Shown in pieces: positions 25,590-35,476 of a stretch of DNA of 64,000 bases. Below the pieces are notes generated by a model. The model made no database searches. It worked only from the letters and a program-made list of their open reading frames with translations, and was not told the DNA's origin. A program made the position numbers and the translations under genes. Each line of letters starts with the position of its first letter. Within the stretch, counting starts at the first letter, position 1. Source of the DNA: Candidatus Saccharimonadota bacterium (GTDB lineage: Bacteria > Patescibacteriota > Saccharimonadia > CAILAD01 > GCA-016700035); contig JAXLZV010000001.1 of assembly GCA_046350755.1 (NCBI GenBank), positions 340,790 to 404,789 of the forward strand, given 5' to 3'.

Positions 25590-27134
25590 ATGCAGATTGC
25601 CTCGATCAAAGCCTACCAGGTGCTCGACTCGAGGGGGGAGCCGACAATCCGTGTCCGTATGGAGTCTGCCACCGGCAACCATGCGCGCTTTGATGCGCCC
25701 AGTTCTCTGTCAGTGGGAGCGCATGAAGCCAAGGAGCGTCGTGATAATACGGCGAGCTACGGCGGTAATGGCGTCTCGGGTAATATCAGCACAATCACCA
25801 ATATTATCGCGCCAAAGTTTATCGGCTACCCACTCGGACATCAAGCCGACTTTGATGCCCTGATCACCGCCCTGGATGGCACGCCTGACAAATCTAATCT
25901 TGGTAGCAACACTCTCACTGCCGTCAGTGGCGCCTATTTCTTGCTCTCCTGCTATGAGCGCCAGCGTGAAGTCTGGCAGGTTACGGCCGATCTCTTAGGC
26001 ACCAAGCCTGATATGCCACGCGTCTATGCCAATCTGGTTTCTGGTGGCTCACACGCTCCCGGTCTCGACGTCCAGGAATTCATGATCGTACCTCGCACGA
26101 ATGATATCAGCGCTTCGCTTGAGCTGATATACGGCATTCACCATACCGCGCGCCAGATTTTCCGAACGCTCTATGGACCGAGTGTCGATCTCGTTTCCGA
26201 AGAAGGAGCAATGGCGCCCGTTGGTATCAGCACGGAGACCGTGCTTGAGGCTTTTGAGCAGCTGGCGCGCCGCACGAATCAAGCCTACCAGATTGCTCTC
26301 GACATGGCGGCCTACAATCTTTTCAAGAATGGAGCCTACACGCTCGCCGGCCAACAGCTGTCGATGCAGCAGCTCGGTGCGACCTATATGCAGTGGGATC
26401 AACGCTTCCCGCTACTTTCGATCGAAGATCCCTTTGCCGAGAGTGATATCGACGGCCTGAAATATCTTCTCACTCAGCCGAGTCGTAAGTTTATGGCGGT
26501 TGGTGATGCGGTAACCGCCACCTCAGCTACCCGTATTCAAGAGCTTGGTAGCCAACGTCTGCTGGGTGCAGCTGTTATTAAGCCCGATCAGGCAGGGACG
26601 ATTACCGAGATGTTCGATGCCATGCGTTCTGCTCTCCAGTCGGGCATCAAGCTGATCGTTGCCCATCGATCTGGTGAAACGAATGACACTTATCTAGCTG
26701 ACATTGCCTATGGGTGTGGTGCTTTCGGTATTAAGGCGGGCGCGCCAGTCCGTGGCGAACGAGTCGCGAAGTATAACCGCTTAATCGAGATCGCGTCAGA
26801 TAACGCCATTGCCAGCAATATCCAGGCAGCAAGCATCGGCGCGCCAGCCGGTCTGCCCATTCCGCCGCGACCGATTATCGCTCCACCAGCCGGTATTGGC
26901 GTCGTCAATGCTCCAGGGCCACAAAACTACTCACCCTCCCCCACTCAGACCTACCCAGCCCAGCCAGTTCCCCCCAGTGCTCAATCCTACCACGCTCCCA
27001 TAGCTGCTAGTGCCCCCATCCCCGTGCCTCCATCACGAGTGATCCGTAGCCAGCCATACATTCAACAAATGAACGAGCCTGAAGAGCAAGGCTCAGCCAT
27101 GGGCCTAGCTCCAAGCCAAGATATCCCAATCTAG
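25590..27134 (+). CDS. eno: enolase with ~100-aa Pro-rich C-terminal extension
   Basis: Enolase core up to ...IVAHRSGETNDTYLADIAYG...GERVAKYNRLIEIA. Then a low-complexity tail, PAGLPIPPRPIIAPPAGIG...PSPTQTYPAQPVPP... TATAAT -10 upstream. Confidence 0.9.
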   Translation: MQIASIKAYQVLDSRGEPTIRVRMESATGNHARFDAPSSLSVGAHEAKERRDNTASYGGNGVSGNISTITNIIAPKFIGYPLGHQADFDALITALDGTPDKSNLGSNTLTAVSGAYFLLSCYERQREVWQVTADLLGTKPDMPRVYANLVSGGSHAPGLDVQEFMIVPRTNDISASLELIYGIHHTARQIFRTLYGPSVDLVSEEGAMAPVGISTETVLEAFEQLARRTNQAYQIALDMAAYNLFKNGAYTLAGQQLSMQQLGATYMQWDQRFPLLSIEDPFAESDIDGLKYLLTQPSRKFMAVGDAVTATSATRIQELGSQRLLGAAVIKPDQAGTITEMFDAMRSALQSGIKLIVAHRSGETNDTYLADIAYGCGAFGIKAGAPVRGERVAKYNRLIEIASDNAIASNIQAASIGAPAGLPIPPRPIIAPPAGIGVVNAPGPQNYSPSPTQTYPAQPVPPSAQSYHAPIAASAPIPVPPSRVIRSQPYIQQMNEPEEQGSAMGLAPSQDIPI

Positions 27135-27146
27135 CTTATAAGTACT

Positions 27147-27175
27147 AAAAAACGCCTCAAATGAGGCGTTTTTTA
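27147..27175. terminator. bidirectional terminator between eno and pgk
   Basis: AAAAAACGCCTCAAATGAGGCGTTTTTTA. Confidence 0.75.
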
Positions 27176-27185
27176 ACGTGTGGGC

Positions 27186-28367
27186 TTATCGCCGAGACAA
27201 AGCTTCTACCGCCGGAAGTTTTTTGCCAGCCAGCAGCTCCAGAGCTGCTCCACCGCCGGTCGAGATAAAGCCAAACTTTTCGTGCATACCAGAGCCATCG
27301 ATAAAGCCAGCTGTATCCCCACCACCAATCACCGACAGAGCGTCAGACTGAGCGATCGCCTTCGCCACCGCCATGCTAGCCCGAGCAAAGACCGGATTTT
27401 CGGTATAGCCTAGAGTACCATTCCAAAAAATTGTTCGCGCACCCTGCAACGCAATATTAATATTCGTTACACTCGCCTGCCCAATATCAAGCGCCATATC
27501 GTCCTCCATCAGCTGACCAACCGTCACATCACGTCCCCGCTTTGCCTCGGGTGAGTCGGCCACCACCACGTCGACCGGTAGAATAATCTCGACGCCATGC
27601 CGCTTTGCCTGGGCGAGTATTTCTAAGGCTGTGGTGAAGCCTTTCTTATCAAGGATGCTGGCCTGCATATTATGCCCCTGCGCGGCGAGGAAGGTATTAG
27701 CCATAGCACCCGAGATGACGATCGTATCGGCTTTTTTCATGAGATTGTGTAAGAAATCAATCTTATCAGCGATTTTTGCGCCGCCGATGATGGCCACAAA
27801 CGGATGCTTTGGCTTATCTAGTAAGCCAGATAGCGTTGTCACTTCGGCTTGTAAAAGTTTACCTGCGGCGTGAGGTAGATACTGCGGGATACCGACCACC
27901 GAGGCATGGGCCCGATGGGCCACAGCAAAGGCGTCATCAACGTAGACTTCCGCTAGGTCAGCAAGCTGTCGAGCAAAGGCCGCATCATTTGCCTCCTCCT
28001 CAGCATGAAACCGTAAGTTTTCCAAGAGTGCCACCTGACCAGGTCGCAGCTGCATAACTTTCTCCGCCACCGTTTCACCAACACAATCATGCATAAAATA
28101 TACTTCACGATTCAGCAGTTTCGACAACAGAACTGCCACCGGCTCCAGGCTATACTTTTCCACTGGCTTACCATCTGGGCGCCCGAGGTGACTGGCCAGA
28201 ATAATCTTTGCTTTCTGCTCGATCAAATATTTAATCGTTGGTACGGCGGCCTCAATCCGCAATTCGTCCATCACCTTACCATTATGGAGCGGTACATTAA
28301 AATCGACGCGCACAAACACGCGCTTGTCACGCACCACCAGGTCTTCGAGTTTTTTGAGTGCCGTCAT
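27186..28367 (-). CDS. pgk: phosphoglycerate kinase
   Basis: VRVDFNVPL, ILASHLGRP, GGGDT and GGGA motifs. 393 aa. Confidence 0.9.
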   Translation of the reverse strand: MTALKKLEDLVVRDKRVFVRVDFNVPLHNGKVMDELRIEAAVPTIKYLIEQKAKIILASHLGRPDGKPVEKYSLEPVAVLLSKLLNREVYFMHDCVGETVAEKVMQLRPGQVALLENLRFHAEEEANDAAFARQLADLAEVYVDDAFAVAHRAHASVVGIPQYLPHAAGKLLQAEVTTLSGLLDKPKHPFVAIIGGAKIADKIDFLHNLMKKADTIVISGAMANTFLAAQGHNMQASILDKKGFTTALEILAQAKRHGVEIILPVDVVVADSPEAKRGRDVTVGQLMEDDMALDIGQASVTNINIALQGARTIFWNGTLGYTENPVFARASMAVAKAIAQSDALSVIGGGDTAGFIDGSGMHEKFGFISTGGGAALELLAGKKLPAVEALSRR

Positions 28368-28610
28368 TTAATTCTCCTTTTGCTCAGTGGTTTGAAAAAG
28401 TTGGCTCGGATCAGCATAGGTATTCCCCCAACGCCCGAGGTTATTAAAAGTGATCGTGGCGGCCACGAGCAGTGCAAAAATGATGACCCCAACCCGATAA
28501 TTCTTGCTTCTGTCTTTCGTAATCAGATGGATGAGCTTCACAAAAATTGCCCCAACCAAGTAGGTAATGAGAAAAATCAGGGTAAACATCCCCAGGTCAA
28601 TCAGCTGCAT
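28368..28610 (-). CDS. small membrane protein
   Basis: 80 aa with two TM helices, directly abutting the pgk start. Confidence 0.4.
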   Translation of the reverse strand: MQLIDLGMFTLIFLITYLVGAIFVKLIHLITKDRSKNYRVGVIIFALLVAATITFNNLGRWGNTYADPSQLFQTTEQKEN

Positions 28611-28663
28611 AGTTCTAGTCTAGCGGCTTGCCAGCTACCAGGCAACCTGCTTATGCTTATGGC

Positions 28664-29086
28664 TTAGGTAGAGCCTTCGCCGAGTTTCTGGCGAATCATC
28701 TCCAGTACGCCACGTGGGGTTTGGTCGGCCTTAATCAAATAGTCAGCGCCAAGCGACTTGGCCTTCTCGATATCATTCGGATTATTGGAGTTCGTCAAAA
28801 AGACGACTGATGTCCGCGAGAAATCATAGCCGCCATCTTTGAGTTGAGTGATCGCCTCAATGCCACCAAGCTCGGGCATATTGATATCCACCAAGGCTAG
28901 CTTGGGTTGATATTGCTTGATAAGCTTGATGGCCTCATGACCATTGGAGCCCATGGCAATATTGTAGCCAGCCTTCACAAGCTTCACCTGGTACATACGC
29001 GAGATAAAGGGGTCATCTTCGACCACGACAACGTCGGGGTGCTGTCCAGCGGTTGGGTCAGCGACTTTGGGAGTAGTATCATCCAT
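28664..29086 (-). CDS. single-domain response regulator (CheY-like receiver)
   Basis: VVVVEDDPFI...ALVDINMPELGG...LGADYLIK. Start chosen at MDDTTPK. Confidence 0.75.
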   Translation of the reverse strand: MDDTTPKVADPTAGQHPDVVVVEDDPFISRMYQVKLVKAGYNIAMGSNGHEAIKLIKQYQPKLALVDINMPELGGIEAITQLKDGGYDFSRTSVVFLTNSNNPNDIEKAKSLGADYLIKADQTPRGVLEMIRQKLGEGST

Positions 29087-29105
29087 ATGTACTTCAGTAT
29101 ACCTG

Positions 29106-31322
29106 TTAGGCTTGAGGAGAGCTAGTTTTTGGCGTGGCAGCCGGAGACTTGGTCTCAGCTTCAACCCCTTCACCGGTCGGCTTCACTGGCAGCTTGAAGC
29201 CAAAGGTTGAGCCCTTGCCCTCAGTACTCTCAAAGATGATCTCACCACCTTGATCATGCACTACGCGACCAACCAGGAAGAGACCAAGCCCCGTACCGTC
29301 TGGGCGAGCCTGTTGAGCATTTGGCGCCCGATAGAATTTCTTAAAGAGTTTGGCTTGCTCTGACTTCGGCACGCCGATACCATTGTCAACCACCTTAAAG
29401 GTAACCGTCTGACCATCTGTCTCGAGATAGATATCAACCTTGCCAGGCTCTTTGCCGGTCGACGAGTAATAGATAGCATTATCCATCATGTTCATCAGGC
29501 ACTGACGCGTCTTACCCTCATCAATCGACAGGGTTGGGATATCACCTTTGGGCTCATGGTACTGCAAAGTCACATTTTTTGTGCTAGCCGTCGTTTCGAG
29601 TAATGCCAATTCTTCGGGTAATACTTTTTTCAGATCGACCGGCGCTCGCTCGATGCGGAATTTACCAGACTGGATGCGTGAGACATTCAGCAAATCATCA
29701 ACCAAGCGCGTCATACGGGTCGCGGCGTCAAATGATTGCTTGAGAGTTTCCTTTTGTTCTTTTGAGATGCGACCAAAATCACCGTCCATCACCATCGAAG
29801 TATAGCCCCGCACGGCCGTCAGCGGCGTCCGCAGCTGGTGAGAGGCCATCGAGATGAATTCATCCTTGGCTTTATCGAGTGCCTTGAGCTCATGGTTTGC
29901 GTGTGTCAGATCAGCCGTAGCCTGACGGATCTTTTCGCGCAAGGTTTCATTAAAGCGCTGGATCTCGGTGTATGAGCGAGCGTTCTGAATAGCTACGGCG
30001 AGCTCATTGGCAATAATTTGCAGCGTCTGGATATCTTGCTCGGAAAAGATGTCACCGCTCTTCTTCTCGCCAAGCAAGAGGTAACCTACGAAAGACTCAG
30101 TAGTTTTGAGCGGGAAGATCGCCCGTACGTTATGTCGATCGAGAATGTCGCGCTTCTCACCAGATGCGATTTCATCGGTGATAGTTGGTTTCACCTTAAA
30201 CTTCTTCAAATCATCTGGATGGTACAGCTGCTGGATCTTCGAGCTATGTGTCTGGTAGAAAATACCGTCTTTGTTGGTAACGACGATATTTGTAGTATCT
30301 AGGCGCATCTGAGACTGCAGGATCTCAAGCACCTTTATGGAGAGTTTATCGAGCTCGATCTCGGAAGCTAGCACCCGTCCGATGTCAGAAACAAGAACCT
30401 GCGGATCATATCGATCGCGGTAGAAAATGCGATCGGTAATCTTCTCGAAAAAACGGCGAATTGTCGGGAAAGTAAATGCCAAAAGCACCGCGAGTACAAC
30501 ATTAAAGACCTGCTGGGAGAGCTCGGTAGTAAGAATGTTCTTGAGAATTACCCCTTGAGCCAAACCAAAAGCCAGGAAGGCATACAGAAAAGCAAACGCC
30601 GCAACCGAAAATATATAGGCTACCGACCGCGCGACAACGGCCCGGATATCAAACAAACGATGGCGAACTATCGCGTATACAGTCGGCACAACGAATAACA
30701 GAACGCTCGGTGGACCCAAGAATCCTAAGCTTGAAATCCCAACAAGCACAAGCACTAGATTAGTTAAAACTATGACCAGCGCCATCGCCCCTAGCCCATA
30801 GGAAAAGAAGCGTAATTGTTGGCGCTCTAAGCTGCCCGCTGTGCGCCAGTTGAGCCAAAGATTACGACCAGTAAAAGCTAAGCTGAATAAGCCCGTAAGC
30901 AAGAGAAGTATATAAAATGGACCTCCGGTCACTTCAGCCCCATAATCAGCCAATTGCACACTCTCAACCGCTAATTTCGTCGGACTAATTATCACGAGAA
31001 AGATTACCAGGACGGAGAGAATCATCCCGGGGATACGCCCTTTTTTCATGAGTTCTTTCGGGAAATATCGAGAAAACTGATACAAACACAGCATCGTGAT
31101 TGCCGCTACCCCAAAAGCAATATGACTACTGAGAGTAGCTAAGTTCAAGTTGTTATAATTATCGGCGAAGTTTAACGTTAAAATCCAAGCGACAACTGAC
31201 AAAATAAAGGCAAATAGCCAGCGATTTACCCGTGCTTTTGCGTTATTTAAGAGTACAAAGAAGCCCAGCCCAAGCAGGGCGGCTGCCGAAAAAAGATAGA
31301 CAAAAATGCGAAGCTGAAACAT
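29106..31322 (-). CDS. multi-TM sensor histidine kinase
   Basis: ~10 N-terminal TM helices, then HisKA (SHQLRTPLT) and HATPase_c (GTGLGL, GKGSTF). Confidence 0.85.
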   Translation of the reverse strand: MFQLRIFVYLFSAAALLGLGFFVLLNNAKARVNRWLFAFILSVVAWILTLNFADNYNNLNLATLSSHIAFGVAAITMLCLYQFSRYFPKELMKKGRIPGMILSVLVIFLVIISPTKLAVESVQLADYGAEVTGGPFYILLLLTGLFSLAFTGRNLWLNWRTAGSLERQQLRFFSYGLGAMALVIVLTNLVLVLVGISSLGFLGPPSVLLFVVPTVYAIVRHRLFDIRAVVARSVAYIFSVAAFAFLYAFLAFGLAQGVILKNILTTELSQQVFNVVLAVLLAFTFPTIRRFFEKITDRIFYRDRYDPQVLVSDIGRVLASEIELDKLSIKVLEILQSQMRLDTTNIVVTNKDGIFYQTHSSKIQQLYHPDDLKKFKVKPTITDEIASGEKRDILDRHNVRAIFPLKTTESFVGYLLLGEKKSGDIFSEQDIQTLQIIANELAVAIQNARSYTEIQRFNETLREKIRQATADLTHANHELKALDKAKDEFISMASHQLRTPLTAVRGYTSMVMDGDFGRISKEQKETLKQSFDAATRMTRLVDDLLNVSRIQSGKFRIERAPVDLKKVLPEELALLETTASTKNVTLQYHEPKGDIPTLSIDEGKTRQCLMNMMDNAIYYSSTGKEPGKVDIYLETDGQTVTFKVVDNGIGVPKSEQAKLFKKFYRAPNAQQARPDGTGLGLFLVGRVVHDQGGEIIFESTEGKGSTFGFKLPVKPTGEGVEAETKSPAATPKTSSPQA

Positions 31323-31888
31323 TAGCTTCTTGCATTATAGAAGATAAAGTCGACGTTGTACGCCTTGCCATCATATTTACTGTTGGCAATGAGCTCTAAA
31401 GTCTTAGCCTCGACTGCCCGAAAACGCTCTGGGAGGATGTTAATAAGAAATTTTGCCGGCACAAATTCTTTACCAGAAATATTTTGAATCTGTGAGTCAG
31501 ATGGATCAAACTCACCAAGACGGATTAAGTACCATATGGCCGTCATAAATGAGCAGGGCAACTTCTGTCTTTCGTCGATGTAGCGAGCATAGCTTCTCTG
31601 AATGCGTCCATTCGTAATGCTATTCAGCATAAGGTCTTTATATGGCTCCATATTTGCCTCAAAGCCAAGGAAATCTGGCGTTGCGTTCTTAGCCGCCAGT
31701 TTTTCCATAAAGTCACTAAGATCTAACAAATGCTCACTAGGATTATAGTTGTCGATTAAAACTACCGAGCTACAGGTCCCATCGATATTCTGCGAGTAGG
31801 TATGATACTTATCAATACTTTCCTCGTGCTCCTGGCTAAACGTTTCATTAATATATATGTGACTAATTTCTACGCTGTAATCATCCAT
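31322..31888 (-). CDS. hypothetical protein co-transcribed with histidine kinase
   Basis: 188-aa ORF. Its stop overlaps the kinase start. Confidence 0.45.
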   Translation of the reverse strand: MDDYSVEISHIYINETFSQEHEESIDKYHTYSQNIDGTCSSVVLIDNYNPSEHLLDLSDFMEKLAAKNATPDFLGFEANMEPYKDLMLNSITNGRIQRSYARYIDERQKLPCSFMTAIWYLIRLGEFDPSDSQIQNISGKEFVPAKFLINILPERFRAVEAKTLELIANSKYDGKAYNVDFIFYNARS

Positions 31889-31940
31889 GCTTGTGTTTCC
31901 TATTCACCCATAATACTTGCTTTTGAATAAATATGAATAG

Positions 31941-31960
31941 AGGGCCGGTTTCCCGGCCCT
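31941..31960. terminator. GC hairpin terminator
   Basis: AGGGCCGG-tttc-CCGGCCCT. Confidence 0.55.
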
Positions 31961-31985
31961 CATGACTCGTGCTTGTGCCGCCGGG

Positions 31986-32606
31986 CTACAGGTCATCCAC
32001 GTTCGGACGAATCCAGTACTCGCGATCGGCTTCCTCGGAACACAGCTCGTGAAATCGGTAGCCAAAGTATGTCATGGCTTCCTTCACGTAATCAGCCTTG
32101 GTGTGGGTTCGAGTCACGAAGAACTCGGCTCCACCACGCTTGGCTGCCCGGTGCGCTTCCCAGAAGATATCGAAGGCATCACTGCCCTCGTAAGTGGGGT
32201 CGACGCCGATATGATCGACATAAACTCCACTTCCCGGTAGGTTCTTCAGCTGGCGCACTTCCGTGTGGTCGTAACCCCACACCCAGACACGAACCTGATT
32301 CGCTTCATCGCGACCCAGGTTGAGCTGGGCGCCAGGCCGACTCATGGCATCCATGAAGTAGTCGGCCACTCGGCTATCGGTCCAGTACGGCGCCAAGACG
32401 GCGCCACACTTCGGGCAAGTGCCGAGATCTGTCTGGTAACGCCCCTTCGAACCGAAGTCGTCCGAGGCGTTACAGACAGGGCAGCGGAATCGCTCACACC
32501 ATGGTTCACGTTCGAACCAATCTCTGAACGATTCCGACAGACGATCAAGCGGCATTTCTACCGCTCGCGCAATCTCAAAGCGCAACATCTCACTCCTTTC
32601 CAGCAA
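31986..32606 (-). CDS. GC-rich zinc-ribbon protein with GNAT-like C-terminal region, tentative
   Basis: CPVCN...CPKCG zinc ribbon. The C-terminal part (GVYVDHIGVDPTYEG...AAKRGGAEFFVTRTH...YFGYRF) is reminiscent of an acetyltransferase core. Confidence 0.4.
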   Translation of the reverse strand: MLERSEMLRFEIARAVEMPLDRLSESFRDWFEREPWCERFRCPVCNASDDFGSKGRYQTDLGTCPKCGAVLAPYWTDSRVADYFMDAMSRPGAQLNLGRDEANQVRVWVWGYDHTEVRQLKNLPGSGVYVDHIGVDPTYEGSDAFDIFWEAHRAAKRGGAEFFVTRTHTKADYVKEAMTYFGYRFHELCSEEADREYWIRPNVDDL

Positions 32607-33243
32607 CGACCAGTCGGTCGATACCAGCGTATGTTGGTTCGACAGACTTGATGGTGAAGCCGGCTGCCGTCACTGCTGCCTTGAGCTCGTCTTCTGTGAG
32701 GAAGACAAACTGCGAAGACTCGTAGCGACTACGGCGAGCTAGGTTGATGCCCCACGCGATGAAGCGTGGGATATTCAAGACTGAGCGAGCCATCTCGCGA
32801 GGACTCGCAGTCTTGAAGTGCTCGGCGATGAGCGGGGTGAGCTGATCGTTGACCGGGTTGGCCAAGAAAAGCTGTCCACCAGGTCGCAACACGCGATGCA
32901 ATTCGCTCAAGGCTGAGGCGTAACCACTGCCAAGAGCGTAGATCACATTGATGCAGGCGATCTGATCGAAAGAGTCGTTCGTGAACGGCAAGCCGTCCAC
33001 CAAACTCCCCTGTACGATATCATCTTCGCGCGCAGCTGCGGTGCGGAGCATGGTGCTCGAGAAATCGACGCCGACGACATGCGCCGCCGTATCGAGTCCG
33101 AGCCGTCCGCTTCCACAGCCAGCGTCGAGCACTTGAGCGCCCGAATCAAGCCGGCTGGCGACGTCAGTCACCAGCGCGGCATGTGGCTTCAGCAAGAACA
33201 GGCTGTCATACAGCCAGCCCTGAACTTCCCACAGACTTGTCAT
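32590..33243 (-). CDS. class I SAM-dependent methyltransferase
   Basis: Motif I VLDAGCGSGRLG and motif post-I VVGVDFS. Start chosen at MTSLWEV (33241-33243). Confidence 0.7.
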   Translation of the reverse strand: MTSLWEVQGWLYDSLFLLKPHAALVTDVASRLDSGAQVLDAGCGSGRLGLDTAAHVVGVDFSSTMLRTAAAREDDIVQGSLVDGLPFTNDSFDQIACINVIYALGSGYASALSELHRVLRPGGQLFLANPVNDQLTPLIAEHFKTASPREMARSVLNIPRFIAWGINLARRSRYESSQFVFLTEDELKAAVTAAGFTIKSVEPTYAGIDRLVVAGKE

Positions 33244-33679
33244 CTGAAGTGTCCTTTCTTTTGGACCGGCTAGTACGAATTGCCTTGACGACGAGGAGAA
33301 TGACAGCCAACCCACTCCAAAGGAGAATGGCGGGACGAACCCACCATGGGTAGTTATCACCAGCCACATACACATAGACCCATGGAGGGGCCCAAATGAG
33401 GCGATTGATGATGACTGCTTCTGAGAAACCAAACCATTCGCGTCGTGTTGCCTTGCGCAAGATCAAGTACCATGACCAGTAATAGGGCACGAACGTAATC
33501 AAGAGTAGGCCGACGAAAATGGCCGGATTGACGTTGTAGCTCAGAGCTTTGTCCCAATAGCGCACGATCAAATCCGCAGCGAAGAAATAAATCAACGGAG
33601 CGGCAATCGCGACTACGAGGAGGCCGAGAACAACCTGGAGCTTTCTGGAATTCCTGAGGTATATCAAAGAACGATTCAC
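33206..33679 (-). CDS. membrane protein, function unknown
   Basis: 4 TM helices and a basic C-tail. GC-rich. Confidence 0.4.
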   Translation of the reverse strand: MNRSLIYLRNSRKLQVVLGLLVVAIAAPLIYFFAADLIVRYWDKALSYNVNPAIFVGLLLITFVPYYWSWYLILRKATRREWFGFSEAVIINRLIWAPPWVYVYVAGDNYPWWVRPAILLWSGLAVILLVVKAIRTSRSKRKDTSDDKSVGSSGLAV

Positions 33680-33766
33680 GGGGCAAATTATAGCATAAAT
33701 ACTATGAATTGTAAAGGATTTTATCAGTCACCGTTCGCCTCTTTCGACTTCGAATCTCTAGAGAAG

Positions 33767-35437
33767 TTAAGCCTCTTCCGGCTCTTCGCCTAGCTTGTGC
33801 CCACGCACGTACTCCCCGGTCGCCTTCTCATCGAGCACGCGACCGTTCTCGACGACAACGTACTTCTTGATGCCGGCATCATGTAAAAATTCGCGGTCGT
33901 GACTGACGACGACTAACGCTCCCGGATAGGTCGCCAGCGCTTTACCCAGTGCCTCGCTGGCACCGACATCCAGATGGTTCGTCGGCTCGTCCATAATCAG
34001 TAAATTCGTCGCTCGCAGTGCGTGCACCGCCAAAAAAGCCTTGCCACGCTGACCAGGGCTAATCCGCGTCGTTGGTAGCGTCTGACTCTCGCGAGCGATG
34101 CCAAAGCGCGCCAGTTCGGTCGCGGCCTTCGTCTCATCCACGCTCGCCATGCGCGATACGTTATCGACCAGACTTTCATCCGGGCGTTCAAACTCTGGCT
34201 GCTGAGCGATGAAACCTATCTGCGTCGCCTCGGCTACTTCGCGTGAGCCTTTGGCGGGCTCCAAGAGTCCTGCCAGGAGCTTTACCAGTGTCGACTTCCC
34301 TTCGCCATTCGGCCCAATAATTGCCACGCGCTCGCCACCGCGCACGATGAGATTGTAGGGACCGAGCTCGCGAGCTTCATACTTGGCTACCGCCCCCTCC
34401 AGCTTCACCATATCGCCACCCGGTTTATTCGCGGTAATCGGGAATAAGACCGACAGATCGACATCTTCATCTGGACGATCAACGTCTTCGAGCCGATCGA
34501 GACGGGTTTCCAACGCCTTTGAGGCTTTGGCCAGCGTCTTCCCGGCGTTTTCATTCTTGCGATCAGTCGCCATCTTGTCATTATCGCGGCTGCCTTTTTC
34601 GGCCCGATCAGTCCGCACGCTCTGCGCCATCTTCTTCTGCATGGCTTCCTCGAGCTTGCGTCGTTCGAGATCAGTCTCGCGGTGCGCCTTGGCCTGCGCT
34701 GCCCGATCACGCTCCAGCTGCAAACGCCAATCAGCAAAGCCGCCACCAAAGAAATTCATGCCCCCCGCGCCTTCGCGCAGCTCAACGATCTTATTCATCG
34801 TCTCTTTGAGAAAACGACGATCGTGCGAGATGATGAGAAATCCGGCTTTCGACCGGCGAATAAAAGCTTCGAGAATCTCGATACCGGCGATGTCGAGATT
34901 GTTAGTTGGCTCGTCGAGCAAGAAGACATCATACTCGGCAACCAGGATCGAGGCTAATGCCAGCTTAGTCTGCATGCCGCCCGAGAGATCACTGACCTTT
35001 TTCTCCAGCACATCCGTAGTCAGCCCAACTTCTTGCAATGCACGTGGTAAACGCTCATCAAGCGTGTAAGCACCAACGGCATCAACTTGCTCAAGGGCAG
35101 CATTATAGCTCGCCTCATCATCCATCATATTCTCAGCCGCCGCTTCGAGATCAGCGTAGGCTTTGGTGATACCAGTCAACTCTTCAATCGTCGCCCGACA
35201 GGTCAGATCCTGCCATTGCGCCAGCTCCTGCGGCATGAAGCCTACGATATCACGGGTGCGATCGATCTTACCATCAGTCGGCTGGAGATTACCGGCGATC
35301 AGATTGAGCAACGTCGACTTCCCGGCGCCATTCGGCCCGACCAGGCCAATGCGGTCGCCCGGCCCGATCGTAAAGGTGATCCGGTCGAGGATTGGAGTGT
35401 GAGCGTATTCGAAACGCAATTTGTCGATCTTTATCAT
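33767..35437 (-). CDS. ABC-F family ATPase (translation-associated, Uup/EttA-like)
   Basis: Two ABC cassettes (GPNGAGKST / LSGGM...LLDEPTN, twice) joined by a charged linker. No TM domain. Confidence 0.85.
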   Translation of the reverse strand: MIKIDKLRFEYAHTPILDRITFTIGPGDRIGLVGPNGAGKSTLLNLIAGNLQPTDGKIDRTRDIVGFMPQELAQWQDLTCRATIEELTGITKAYADLEAAAENMMDDEASYNAALEQVDAVGAYTLDERLPRALQEVGLTTDVLEKKVSDLSGGMQTKLALASILVAEYDVFLLDEPTNNLDIAGIEILEAFIRRSKAGFLIISHDRRFLKETMNKIVELREGAGGMNFFGGGFADWRLQLERDRAAQAKAHRETDLERRKLEEAMQKKMAQSVRTDRAEKGSRDNDKMATDRKNENAGKTLAKASKALETRLDRLEDVDRPDEDVDLSVLFPITANKPGGDMVKLEGAVAKYEARELGPYNLIVRGGERVAIIGPNGEGKSTLVKLLAGLLEPAKGSREVAEATQIGFIAQQPEFERPDESLVDNVSRMASVDETKAATELARFGIARESQTLPTTRISPGQRGKAFLAVHALRATNLLIMDEPTNHLDVGASEALGKALATYPGALVVVSHDREFLHDAGIKKYVVVENGRVLDEKATGEYVRGHKLGEEPEEA

Positions 35438-35476
35438 AGCCGTACTATTGTACTGTATCTGTTAGCTAATAGGTAG

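Noticed and set aside
34383-35402. Several + strand ORFs (228 aa, 96 aa, 91 aa, 79 aa) inside the ABC-F gene
   Set aside because: Antisense to a gene with two unmistakable ABC cassettes. Ser/Arg-rich low-complexity translations.
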